Program-made: the position numbers and the translations under genes
Virus record (IMG/VR): IMGVR_UViG_3300010218_000003
Coordinates: 66,124 to 121,054 of that record
Direction: 5' to 3' (one strand)
Source: a virus
Lineage: Duplodnaviria > Heunggongvirae > Uroviricota > Caudoviricetes
DNA length: 54,931 bases
Notes under the pieces: model-generated
What the model saw: the letters and a program-made list of their open reading frames with translations, nothing else
The model's database searches: none
Told to the model about the DNA's origin: nothing
Part shown: piece after piece, positions 30,471 to 39,592 of the stretch
Numbering within the stretch: the first letter of the stretch is position 1
Layout of the letters: each line of letters begins with the position of its first letter

Positions 30471-31757
30471 TTACTTAATGTCGGATACACTGAGGAAGTG
30501 TCCGCCCCACTTTGAGCCGTTACCCTTGGTAATGGTCTCTTCCTTTGACGCGCCAACGTCGCCGGACTTCTTAATAGCCGTTTCCTTTTCCACGCTGTCT
30601 AGACGCTTTGTAACGTCATCAGCCTGCTTGGAAAGGCTGTCAAACTTTTCGCTGAGTTCGCCGTGCTTTTCGACTAGCTCAGTAAACTTAGAGTCGAAAG
30701 CCTTGTTGATTTCCTCAACCTTGCCCTCGATAGCCTTAATTTCCTCAGCAGTGGCCTCACGAGTCTGCTCTAGGCCCTTCTTAATTGTTTCCTGGACCTG
30801 CTCTAGCATCTTCTCGAAGTTTGGCTCATCTGCGCCACCTTCGTCTACCTCTGCTGCTGTTTCCTCACCAGACTCTACAGTTCCATCGGCCTCAACCTCT
30901 GGAGCATTCTCAGTAGTTGATTCCTCAACTGGAGTCTCTGATTCGGCGCGACCCTGTTCTGCAACAGCATCGCCTTCATTTCCCTTAGTCACTTGTTCTG
31001 CACCTCCTTCGTGAGTGTCCTCTGTGTCAGAAGAATTTCTAAATTCGTTGATCACCTTGGCCATCTTCTCAGAACGAGAAGTGGAGTCGGTTTCAAACCA
31101 GCCGACGTTCTGCATTGACTTATTACATACTGGACATGCGTATGAATCGTCAGCGGTTGTCTTTGCAATTTCATCCTTTGGACACCAAAAGACATTCTCT
31201 ACGGAAGTTTCTGCGACCATTCCCTTCATCACCTGACCATCAGCAGTTTTCTGAATACTGAATACATTGGCTAGCTGATTGGCAGGACTGTCTACAAGAG
31301 AAAGCTCGATAAGCTCATAATCCTTGATGAATCTTACGTTAGTCTCGGCATCCTTATTCCACTGGGTTTCCGCATCCACGATGTTACCACCAATGCTGAA
31401 TCCCGTAAGAGTACCGTCAAGTACCTTTTCCCATGTGTCCTGAGCACCCTTTGAAACATAGACAGTTGCGAAAATACCACGGTAGAACTTCTCGGTCGTT
31501 GGGTCGTAGAATTCTTCTTCCCTGAAATCGATCATCTTTCCCACCGCGATTGGCTGATGCATCTCACGAATGTTTCCACGGAATCGTGAAAACGCCTTTT
31601 GACTAGCCTCAGCTAGCACAATGTCGCCATGAGAGTCGAAGTTGTCAAGAGTGGCAAATCCACTTACTTGACGCTTCTCCACATCATACTTCGCAATTGG
31701 CATAGTCAGACGGAGATTATCTCCATCAGAATGCCAGGATGCCTTTTCAATCTTCAT
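30471..31757 (-). CDS. Capsid maturation protease fused to acidic scaffold
   Basis: VSGFAT.D..D..GD, REMH, GFSIGG, ELSLVDSPAN motifs; acidic coiled C-terminus; start likely ATG 31757. Confidence 0.88.
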   Translation of the reverse strand: MKIEKASWHSDGDNLRLTMPIAKYDVEKRQVSGFATLDNFDSHGDIVLAEASQKAFSRFRGNIREMHQPIAVGKMIDFREEEFYDPTTEKFYRGIFATVYVSKGAQDTWEKVLDGTLTGFSIGGNIVDAETQWNKDAETNVRFIKDYELIELSLVDSPANQLANVFSIQKTADGQVMKGMVAETSVENVFWCPKDEIAKTTADDSYACPVCNKSMQNVGWFETDSTSRSEKMAKVINEFRNSSDTEDTHEGGAEQVTKGNEGDAVAEQGRAESETPVEESTTENAPEVEADGTVESGEETAAEVDEGGADEPNFEKMLEQVQETIKKGLEQTREATAEEIKAIEGKVEEINKAFDSKFTELVEKHGELSEKFDSLSKQADDVTKRLDSVEKETAIKKSGDVGASKEETITKGNGSKWGGHFLSVSDIK

Positions 31758-31759
31758 GT

Positions 31760-32218
31760 TCATATAGTATTGACTTTGTTATTATCATGCAACTCAGGAT
31801 CAATAAACTTCTTGTTTACCCTCAAGTTAATGGCCACAAAGGCGCAGTAGAGGCTTACCATGAATGAATTGATCCATCCTACTGACTGCCAAGAGCCAAG
31901 GATGTAGAATACGGCGATGACAAGCCAGTAGTAGAATCCTGCCGCAGCGCCTGTGTGCAATGCTCGGTAACTCTGCTTCCATACTCCTCGAAGCATGAAC
32001 AATCCAATGAGCATCGCAACAATTCCCCAGACGATCTCTGGGGCCAGTCTTTCCATGTATTCGTAGATTACACTTCTATCAAATGTTGACCAAGGAAGGG
32101 TCAGCCACAATCCCCACACGAAAGTATATGCTCCCATGATAGAGATTGCGGCTGTATTGATTGGCTTCCTTAGTCCACGAGCAATTTCATCTGTCTTGTG
32201 CCAGATCTTACTTGTCAC
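31760..32218 (-). CDS. Membrane protein (about 4 TM helices)
   Basis: Four hydrophobic stretches; between portal and protease. Confidence 0.7.
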   Translation of the reverse strand: MTSKIWHKTDEIARGLRKPINTAAISIMGAYTFVWGLWLTLPWSTFDRSVIYEYMERLAPEIVWGIVAMLIGLFMLRGVWKQSYRALHTGAAAGFYYWLVIAVFYILGSWQSVGWINSFMVSLYCAFVAINLRVNKKFIDPELHDNNKVNTI

Positions 32219-33786
32219 TGAACTTGCCTTCCGTCACCCTTAGCGTTTCTTCCCTCTCCTGAATTATCTGGAGAATTGGCTGAGCGTTGTGCGTCACGCT
32301 GCCTTGTTTGATTTGTCTGAGCCCTTGCCTCGGCCTGCTGCTGTGGCTTCTGCTCGACCACCTTGTCACCACCATCGAGACCAGGCATGCCCTTACGAGC
32401 ACGAATCTCGTTAGGTACCATCCACTGGTTTCTGATAGCTCTCTCATCAATCTTGCTCTGAGTATCTTCGTCTGTAAGAGATAGCTCGTTGAGATGAATG
32501 AGGAATACGTCAGTGACTTCTCTCATAACCTTGTTTAGCTTGTTTTCGAAGATAGTCTGTTCTGGACGACAGACCTGCTCCTTAAATGTCTTGTCAGCAT
32601 CTCGGGCAACTGCAAGGCTTACTCCCTCTGCAAGACCTACCTTTGAAATAGGAACTCGGTGAGCCATGAGGATATCATTCAGGTTTCCCTTACGGTAATT
32701 GTTGAATGATGAATCCTGGGTTCCAGCTTCCACCGGCTTCATTTCAAATGATGTCTTTCTGTCCTGCTCATCGGCTGGCAGAGGAACATACAGAGTTCTG
32801 TGATTCTTTCCCTTTAGGGAAGTCTGGAAGAACTCAGTAATTCTGCGCTCTGCTGCTGGAGAAAGCTTTCCACCCTTAATGATGATGACGTAACGTGGAA
32901 CAGCCTTGTTCTCGAAGTAGTCAAGGTTGAAGCGTGTGGCAAATTCATTACCAGCTACCGCAGCCTTGGCAGCAACGATGTCAGGAATTCCGTAGAATCC
33001 ATTGCTTGGTGCGTACTTCTTGATGTGGATTACTTCATTAGGTCTGCTGTCTCCACCCACCGGGTCAGTTGTCTTACTGTCTCCGAAGTTTCGGAAGAAT
33101 ACAGCCTTATTTGAAATGATCTGAACAAAGCCATCTCTGGCCTGTCGAATTCTCATGCTAGTGCTTGGAACGTGACCGATGTAACCGATCTCTCCTGTGT
33201 TCTTTCGACCAATCTCAAGGTAGCCGTTTCCGGTAACCTCGTAGTCTGTCCACACCTTAATGAGAGTTTCGATAAAGTCGTCTTCTTCATTACAGCTAGC
33301 AATCCATTCCATAAGGCGCTGCTTTTCTCTTTCGAGCTTAGCTCGTGCCTTCTTGGTCTTGTCTTCTCCATCAATCTTATCTAGGGCCTGCTTTGTCGCC
33401 GGGCTTTCTACGAGATCGTAGCCAAGTCCAACAATGTTGGCCACCTTAGCCTTTACGGCTGAGTAATGTGGAGGAGATACTTCATATAGCTTTGCAAGAT
33501 AATCGAGGTTGTATGGCGGAAGGATTACCTTGAATGCGTTGTATCCAGTGATGTCCTCCGTCTCAATCTTCTTTGAGGCAGCACCATCTGTACCACGATA
33601 GAACTTATTGATCTGCTTCGTGGTACTGATCTTGAAGGAACGTGATAGTCCGTCCATCTCCCTGATCTCGGAAGCCTTTCTCAGAAATGGATCAGGATCG
33701 TGATCAATTGTTCTGGAGACTTCATTGCCTAGGGAGACTTCAATGAACTGTTCCTCTTCTGCCTCTACGACTCGATTATCTGTCAT
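32215..33786 (-). CDS. Portal protein
   Basis: 523 aa; GNGYLEI, EVIHIK..P...YG.P and I..A..VP motifs. Confidence 0.92.
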   Translation of the reverse strand: MTDNRVVEAEEEQFIEVSLGNEVSRTIDHDPDPFLRKASEIREMDGLSRSFKISTTKQINKFYRGTDGAASKKIETEDITGYNAFKVILPPYNLDYLAKLYEVSPPHYSAVKAKVANIVGLGYDLVESPATKQALDKIDGEDKTKKARAKLEREKQRLMEWIASCNEEDDFIETLIKVWTDYEVTGNGYLEIGRKNTGEIGYIGHVPSTSMRIRQARDGFVQIISNKAVFFRNFGDSKTTDPVGGDSRPNEVIHIKKYAPSNGFYGIPDIVAAKAAVAGNEFATRFNLDYFENKAVPRYVIIIKGGKLSPAAERRITEFFQTSLKGKNHRTLYVPLPADEQDRKTSFEMKPVEAGTQDSSFNNYRKGNLNDILMAHRVPISKVGLAEGVSLAVARDADKTFKEQVCRPEQTIFENKLNKVMREVTDVFLIHLNELSLTDEDTQSKIDERAIRNQWMVPNEIRARKGMPGLDGGDKVVEQKPQQQAEARAQTNQTRQRDAQRSANSPDNSGEGRNAKGDGRQVQ

Positions 33787-34111
33787 TGTGCTCCTTGTAA
33801 ATCTGCTCGCTTACTAGAGCAGGGATATCATTCTCGTCTGGAATAAGTCCGAATGCCTGACGCTGCTTCTGATATTCAAATTCCTCGTCATCAATCTTTC
33901 GATGACCAGAAAGAAACACAGGCTTTCCAACCATAACTCCGTAGTGACGCACGGCCTCAGTAAGCTCGTTGATACGCTTTGGGTCGTCCTTCATGGCTGC
34001 AATGGAAAGGAAGTTTCCTTCGTCGTCTCCGACCCATGCACCATTAGGCATTTCCCATACGTATACACCGTAAGCGGCCTCGTCTACTATCTGCATTCTT
34101 TGCTTCTTCAT
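33776..34111 (-). CDS. Conserved hypothetical protein upstream of portal
   Basis: Start ATG 34111 (leaderless spacing) or 34117. Confidence 0.7.
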   Translation of the reverse strand: MKKQRMQIVDEAAYGVYVWEMPNGAWVGDDEGNFLSIAAMKDDPKRINELTEAVRHYGVMVGKPVFLSGHRKIDDEEFEYQKQRQAFGLIPDENDIPALVSEQIYKEHNDR

Positions 34112-34148
34112 GGACATATCATAAGGACATTAGCATTAAAAAGCAAAA

Positions 34149-34170
34149 GTGGCCCCGACATTGGGGCCAC
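34149..34170 (-). terminator. Intrinsic terminator
   Basis: GTGGCCCC-6nt-GGGGCCAC followed by TTTTGCTTTTT. Confidence 0.75.
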
Positions 34171-34174
34171 ATGC

Positions 34175-35911
34175 TTATCCAGCAGGGGAAATGGACCAAA
34201 CATGCGCATACAATAGCGCTTCTGGGTCCGGAGTCGTCACTCCTAAGATTGTGTCGTCAGTAATTGACAGTCCTGGTAGACCAAGATATGCGGAATACAT
34301 CTGCTGTAGACCTGCAAGGGAGATGTCTCCATAGATTGCTGACGCCTGCGCAATCTGTGCATTTGCCACACCGATAGTCAATGCGTAATTGCCCGGCGTT
34401 GTGAGAACCCCTCCAATGTGATACCAGCTACTAGAAGCGAATACAGTAGAGCCACTTGTTACGGATACTCCATTAACAGTTACTGCGGAGAACCCAGAGA
34501 AGGTAATTGTGTTGCCTGATCTGGAGATTGTTGCAGATCCAACAGTAATGATGTTTCCTGCCACCGGCTTGATCCACATATCAATACCATTGATATTGAG
34601 ATCTCCTGGTTCCTCTTCTCCGCTGTAAGATGCGTCAATGGCGACTGCGATATTTCCAGTAAGAATCTTGATTCCATTGTCATCAGCATATTCAATTGGC
34701 TCGTAGAACTCTCTAGCCATTACCGCTGTTCCGCTAAGTGTTGCAGCTCTGTCACTTCTTGTTCCAAGGAATGCCTTGTCTGCATAACCGACAACTTGAA
34801 TCCAGTCTACGTAGCTTTGGTCATCTACAATTCCACCGGCAAAAGTCACTCGAACAGCAATTGAATCTGTTTCTGTCAAGGTGAATGAGGCTGCATTTGT
34901 TACTGATTGCCAGCTTGTTCCGCCGTTGGTTGAACAATCGATTGTGAATGATCCTTCGCCCTTATATCTGATTACCGCGTCAGTAATTCCATCTGGTGTC
35001 ATTCCTAGCTCTACTGAGCCAATCCATACACCAGGCAAAGATGTATTCTCATAAACAGGAACAATGATTCCATCAACCACTTCTTCCGTCTCAGTCTGAG
35101 TGTAAGAAGGAACAATGATGTCATTGGCAATAACGATATCCGTCATTGATCCATCTGACCATTCATCGTCATCCCAAAGCTTTGATACAGCAACGTTCCT
35201 CGCTGAGTCTGCGAAGTTCCAGTGACTCGCGTCATTGAATCCGGCAATAGCCTCGCTTGTGTCAACTGCAACACCGTTTGAGTAATGCCTTGCGATTGTT
35301 TCGCCACTCAAAGCAAATGCATAAATGGCTGGAGCATCAAGGGCGACGGTTGAAGATGTGGATGATTGCCCTGCAATCAAATCAGAGCTGACGAAGTTGT
35401 ATGCGTCGGTATTCTGTTCATCGGTCATATCGATTTCAGCAACTAGCTGACCATCAATGTATAGGGAGTTCTTTCCATCTGTGTGAACTCCTACAACATG
35501 GAATGACTTAGCAGTGTCATACTTATAACTGATTTCTGACACCGGGGCCGTTAGATACTTTGTTCTGAAATAGATTCTGCTAGCAGTGATCGTCAGGCCA
35601 TCATAATTTGAGTTGTGACTCATGATGCTGACTTCACCAGTGATGGCGAGTGGCTTCACCCATGCCTCTAGAGAGAACTGACGGGACTCGTAACCTTTGT
35701 TAAAAACAGGGTCGTCCATCTGGAGCTGGTTAGTATTCTGCAATACGAGAGCGTTGCCTGAGCCGCATACGAGGGCAGGGTGCAGGACCGCAGTAGAAGT
35801 CAGATCAGCTTGTCTGAAACTTCCTGCGGAATCATCGTACACCGGGCCTGTGCCGTCTAGCTTCCAATATGAGAATGGGGAATCTGCTAGAACTTGTAGT
35901 TGATAGGACAT
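34175..35911 (-). CDS. LamG/concanavalin-A-like domain virion protein
   Basis: VLAD.P.SYWKLD start, FSLEAWVKP, FHVVGV...LYIDG; ATG 35911 preferred. Confidence 0.75.
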   Translation of the reverse strand: MSYQLQVLADSPFSYWKLDGTGPVYDDSAGSFRQADLTSTAVLHPALVCGSGNALVLQNTNQLQMDDPVFNKGYESRQFSLEAWVKPLAITGEVSIMSHNSNYDGLTITASRIYFRTKYLTAPVSEISYKYDTAKSFHVVGVHTDGKNSLYIDGQLVAEIDMTDEQNTDAYNFVSSDLIAGQSSTSSTVALDAPAIYAFALSGETIARHYSNGVAVDTSEAIAGFNDASHWNFADSARNVAVSKLWDDDEWSDGSMTDIVIANDIIVPSYTQTETEEVVDGIIVPVYENTSLPGVWIGSVELGMTPDGITDAVIRYKGEGSFTIDCSTNGGTSWQSVTNAASFTLTETDSIAVRVTFAGGIVDDQSYVDWIQVVGYADKAFLGTRSDRAATLSGTAVMAREFYEPIEYADDNGIKILTGNIAVAIDASYSGEEEPGDLNINGIDMWIKPVAGNIITVGSATISRSGNTITFSGFSAVTVNGVSVTSGSTVFASSSWYHIGGVLTTPGNYALTIGVANAQIAQASAIYGDISLAGLQQMYSAYLGLPGLSITDDTILGVTTPDPEALLYAHVWSISPAG

Positions 35912-35945
35912 GTAATCATTATAAAGCCAAGTCCATAAAACGCCA

Positions 35946-35969
35946 AAAGCCACTCCGAAGAGTGGCTTT
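35946..35969. terminator. Bidirectional terminator
   Basis: AAAGCCACTC-CGAA-GAGTGGCTTT perfect 10-bp stem with A/T tracts on both sides. Confidence 0.75.
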
Positions 35970-36065
35970 GACGGTAATATAACTCATCCTAAGTAGCGCT
36001 GCACTCAGCGCCCTAGACAACCCGGACTCATTTCCATAGGCTGTACTCAAAGGATAACATATTAC

Positions 36066-37487
36066 TTACTTCTTTTCAAGCTCAGCGACCTTGCTTTCAA
36101 GTGTTGCTACACGCTGCTCAAGCGTTGGGGCTGGAGGAGTAGCAGGAACAACATCCTTAGTAAATGCTAGTCTACCAAGAACGTCTGCTGCATAATCTCC
36201 ACCGGTCGTAGCTGCATCAGCAGACTTTAGAGCGGCTAGAGCCTTCTGAACTCCATCCACGCCTGCATTATATGCTGCTACGGCATAATCCCAACTCTTT
36301 AGAACCTTGTAGTTTGCAACAAGAAGTGCTGCTGCATCTTCGGCCTGCTTCTTAACGTCTAGAAGATACGTTTCGTCAACTGGCCAATATCTGTTATCAC
36401 GCTGCCAAACTCCGAAGCCATGACCACCGTCGCCAATTACATTGGTTAGGTTTGTCTCACGAGATCCGACTGCAAGTAGCATTCCGGTTGGAAGACCGGT
36501 CTTCTTCTCAATCTCGCTGATGAAAGGCCATGCCTTTAGTGCAATGGATGCCTGAGCAACAATAATGTCCTTTGGCTCACGAGACTTAGGGACAATTACT
36601 GGCACAGGAACTGGCACTGTAGGAACGGTTGGCGGTACAGGTGGCTTAGGAGTAGAAGTTGTTGGCTTCTTTGTCTTAAGTACCTGACCAATTGAAAGAT
36701 CATCTGACTTTAGTCCATTCCAAGACTTTAGGTCATCTACAGTCAGCTTGAGTGCCTGTGAAATACTCCACAGAGTGTCACCCTTCTTTACTGTGTATGT
36801 ACCAGTCGTTGGTGTAGGAGCTGGCTTTGATGGAGCTGGAGCCGTTCCCTTTGGACCAGCCTTTACGGTTGCTGCAACATCCTTTCGGATCTTTGCCATG
36901 TCCATAATCTTTCCAGATGCATAACCAGGGTCCCACTTGTCGTTTGACCATTCTCCGTGTCCAATTACAGACTTTTCAGTCCAGTTGTGGAAATCGAGAA
37001 TAGCTGCTGAAAGCTTTAGGCCCGTCTGGTACTGTGCATCAGTCATCTTGCGACTACCAGAGTACATAATCTCTACTCCATAGAAGTGAGCGTTACCGTC
37101 CACTCCATTTGAGTTACCCTTAGTAGGCTTTAGCTGACCGGTGTAATCCTCATTGATTACGTGGTTAAGAACTGCTGGATCACCACCACCAGCGTGATTT
37201 GCACGTCCCCATCCAACTAGATATACTGTGCCATCTGGTGCTAGACCAAAGTGGCAAAGAGGACCAGGGAGAGTGCTAAGTCCATTGTAAAGGGTTGAGC
37301 CCGCGTATGACGCTGCATCTGCCGCCTTTACATCTGCTCCAGTGTGATGCCAAATGAAACCGTTCATTCCACCCCAGGCACCCTTGGAATTTCTATTGTG
37401 GGACTCCCAAGACTTTACTTCCTTGTACTTGATTCCCCACTTCTTTAGCTGAGCAACAATCTGTGTTGCTGTCATTGGTGTTGCCAT
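36066..37487 (-). CDS. Endolysin: Amidase_2 + LysM + lytic transglycosylase
   Basis: WHHT...GRANHAG..GVE..GHGEW..KWDP amidase; YTVKKGDTLWSIS LysM; SRET...GHGFG..Q...AYNAG SLT. Confidence 0.9.
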   Translation of the reverse strand: MATPMTATQIVAQLKKWGIKYKEVKSWESHNRNSKGAWGGMNGFIWHHTGADVKAADAASYAGSTLYNGLSTLPGPLCHFGLAPDGTVYLVGWGRANHAGGGDPAVLNHVINEDYTGQLKPTKGNSNGVDGNAHFYGVEIMYSGSRKMTDAQYQTGLKLSAAILDFHNWTEKSVIGHGEWSNDKWDPGYASGKIMDMAKIRKDVAATVKAGPKGTAPAPSKPAPTPTTGTYTVKKGDTLWSISQALKLTVDDLKSWNGLKSDDLSIGQVLKTKKPTTSTPKPPVPPTVPTVPVPVPVIVPKSREPKDIIVAQASIALKAWPFISEIEKKTGLPTGMLLAVGSRETNLTNVIGDGGHGFGVWQRDNRYWPVDETYLLDVKKQAEDAAALLVANYKVLKSWDYAVAAYNAGVDGVQKALAALKSADAATTGGDYAADVLGRLAFTKDVVPATPPAPTLEQRVATLESKVAELEKK

Positions 37488-37543
37488 ATGTTAATTCACC
37501 TCCTCAGCCTATAGTCTATTCCTGCTGGTATTAAAAAGCAAAA

Positions 37544-37567
37544 GGCCGGTGCCCATAGACACCGGCC
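37544..37567 (-). terminator. Terminator after RNR
   Basis: GGCCGGTG-8nt-CACCGGCC followed by TTTTGCTTTTT. Confidence 0.75.
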
Positions 37568-37574
37568 AATTACA

Positions 37575-39515
37575 TCAGCTAATATCGACTACTTCACATC
37601 CACCAGCGGCGGAGCAAGCAAGCTCCTGAGAGCCAGTCGTATTGTCCTCAAACTCATATGTGGGGAGTAGATCCCATTCAATCTTTTCTGGCATGCGCTC
37701 AAGCCATTCCTTGTATTCAGCCTCAGAAATAGACTGATAAGGTGCCTGCTTGTACGTGTGCTCAGAGAATGGCAGGAATGAGATTCCAGAAACTTCATCG
37801 AAGTTCTTGTAAACCCATGCTCCTACTTCCATCCATTCGTGTTCCTTAACAGAAACTGTAATGCTTGGCTTATGCTCACACCATGATCGCTGATAGGCGA
37901 GCCAAATTTCAAGGTGTTCAATCGCTGTGAGGTCATTTCTGGTAAGTGCTCCTGGCGCAGCCTTCTTTGGGAAGCTAAAGACTGTTGTGTCATTAGGCTT
38001 CATCACGTCAGGCTCGTTTGGAATCCCTGAGTCCTTGAGGAACTGAGTAAGAGCGTCCTTGTTGTCGCCTCGCACAGTTCTGATGTAAAACTCATCGTGC
38101 TCTGTATGCATTCCACTTGGAACACCGGCCCTTTGAGAAACCGTTCCAGAAGGCTTGACACAGGTAATTGCAGCAGACTGAGGAATTCCAATTGCCTCGG
38201 CAAGCTCAGCATTTGTTGCAATAGCCTTGTATCTCAGAGCCTCAAGAGTATCCTTTAGCTCCTTGATTCCTTCCTGGCCACTCATCAGCCTGTTTCCAAA
38301 CTGACCAGTCAAAGAAACGCCAAGTAGTCTTTCTTCTTCGGTGTTCTTCTTCCAGATCTTGCGGAGATACTTGAAGTTCGTTAGAGTTGACTGCCATGTT
38401 CCGATGATCGTTGCGGCCTTGACCTTGAGCATCAGAGATTCAACAGTGTCATCTGGACGAATGATCACTTCTGTAAGGTTGCAGAACTGGTTAGGTCGAA
38501 GGATAATCTCGCTGCACGGATTAGTTCCGAAGTCGAAATTGCCTTCTCGCCTTCCATTCTTACGCACCTGATTGATTGCAGCCTGCCTATTGAAGATTCC
38601 ACGCTCTCCAGACTTGGAGTCGTAGAGGTTCTTCCATTCGGCCATGAATGCAGTCATGTCAGGCTTGCTTGTGTAGGCTACTGAGTTATTGGCCAAAGCA
38701 CGCTGAGGGTTGTTCTCCCACCAGTTTCCTGCTTTTGCTGTAGCCATTCTCAGGTCGCTTAGATCGCTAAGTGAGATCAGAGCACTTCTTCGAACGCCAC
38801 CAACAACAACTACTTCTGCAATCTTACAAACAAGGTCATGAGCCTCAAGGGAAGTGAGCTGACGACCAGCAGCCTTTGTGAACACGTCAATAGTGAACTG
38901 GAATAGCTGCTCTAGTGGACCAGGACCACTTGCACGTCCACCAAAAGTCTTTAGCCTTGCCCCTGCCGGGCGAACCTTTGAGGTATCCCAACGAGGAACA
39001 CGTCCTCCCCATAGAAGGCTTAGAAGCTCACGATATGCACGAGCCCAGCCCTCCTTTGAGTCAGCGACCTTGATCACTGATTCAGTTGCTTCGAATTCTT
39101 CTGCAATGACAGGAAGCTTACGTACATACTTCTCTTCAACGGAGAATCCTACACCGGTTCCATTCATCAGAATGTACAGAGTCTCGTCAAAGGCTCGAAC
39201 ATCATCAATTGGAACATATGAGCAGTTGTATGCAGCAACATTGTCTCGATCAAGAGCTGCACCCGCAGTCATGAGGGCACGCATAGATGAAACAACTCCC
39301 TGATTAAGCATTTGTGCACGTACTAGATCAAGATCTTCCTGTGGAACATCGTAATCGTGATTCTTCTTGAGGCTGTCAACCATGTAGGCTAGATAGCGCT
39401 CAGTTGTTTCTACAAAAGTTTCGCGGCGGCCCTTTTCCTCTAGCCACCGCGCATACCTGCTGGTATGAATAAAGTTCTGATATGGGTCTTCAAGAAAACC
39501 CTTGTCGTCATACAA
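37575..39515 (-). CDS. nrdJ: Class II (adenosylcobalamin-dependent) ribonucleotide reductase, monomeric RTPR-like
   Basis: YNCS, GTGVGF, GGVRRSA, TNPCSEI, CNLTE, TCVKPSGT, EHKPSIT and C-terminal CSAAGGC cysteine pair. Confidence 0.9.
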   Translation of the reverse strand: MYDDKGFLEDPYQNFIHTSRYARWLEEKGRRETFVETTERYLAYMVDSLKKNHDYDVPQEDLDLVRAQMLNQGVVSSMRALMTAGAALDRDNVAAYNCSYVPIDDVRAFDETLYILMNGTGVGFSVEEKYVRKLPVIAEEFEATESVIKVADSKEGWARAYRELLSLLWGGRVPRWDTSKVRPAGARLKTFGGRASGPGPLEQLFQFTIDVFTKAAGRQLTSLEAHDLVCKIAEVVVVGGVRRSALISLSDLSDLRMATAKAGNWWENNPQRALANNSVAYTSKPDMTAFMAEWKNLYDSKSGERGIFNRQAAINQVRKNGRREGNFDFGTNPCSEIILRPNQFCNLTEVIIRPDDTVESLMLKVKAATIIGTWQSTLTNFKYLRKIWKKNTEEERLLGVSLTGQFGNRLMSGQEGIKELKDTLEALRYKAIATNAELAEAIGIPQSAAITCVKPSGTVSQRAGVPSGMHTEHDEFYIRTVRGDNKDALTQFLKDSGIPNEPDVMKPNDTTVFSFPKKAAPGALTRNDLTAIEHLEIWLAYQRSWCEHKPSITVSVKEHEWMEVGAWVYKNFDEVSGISFLPFSEHTYKQAPYQSISEAEYKEWLERMPEKIEWDLLPTYEFEDNTTGSQELACSAAGGCEVVDIS

Positions 39516-39592
39516 AGAAAATACCTTTCCAGCCGTAGTCGTCGTACGGCTAATCCATCGCGTAGTTATACTATACTACCTGATTCGGCTGC

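Noticed and set aside
35974-36065. SAM-I riboswitch or hammerhead identity for the endolysin 3' element
   Set aside because: Only the UUAUC/GAUGA-like ends resemble SAM-I; core motifs and CUGAUGA/GAAA are missing, and the position is 3'
311-39303. Many plus-strand ORFs in the track opposite core genes (e.g. 8290..8646, 12103..12477, 25000..25458, 30478..31014, 38878..39303)
   Set aside because: Antisense shadows of well-supported minus-strand genes; no RBS or recognisable motifs
2334-39515. Inteins or introns in dnaB, nrdJ or other core genes
   Set aside because: Protein lengths are normal; no intein splice motifs or ORF interruptions seen
39516-39592. Cobalamin riboswitch or NrdR box upstream of nrdJ
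   Set aside because: Only ~75 bp with one 7-bp hairpin (AGCCGTA/TACGGCT); too short, and no consensus match
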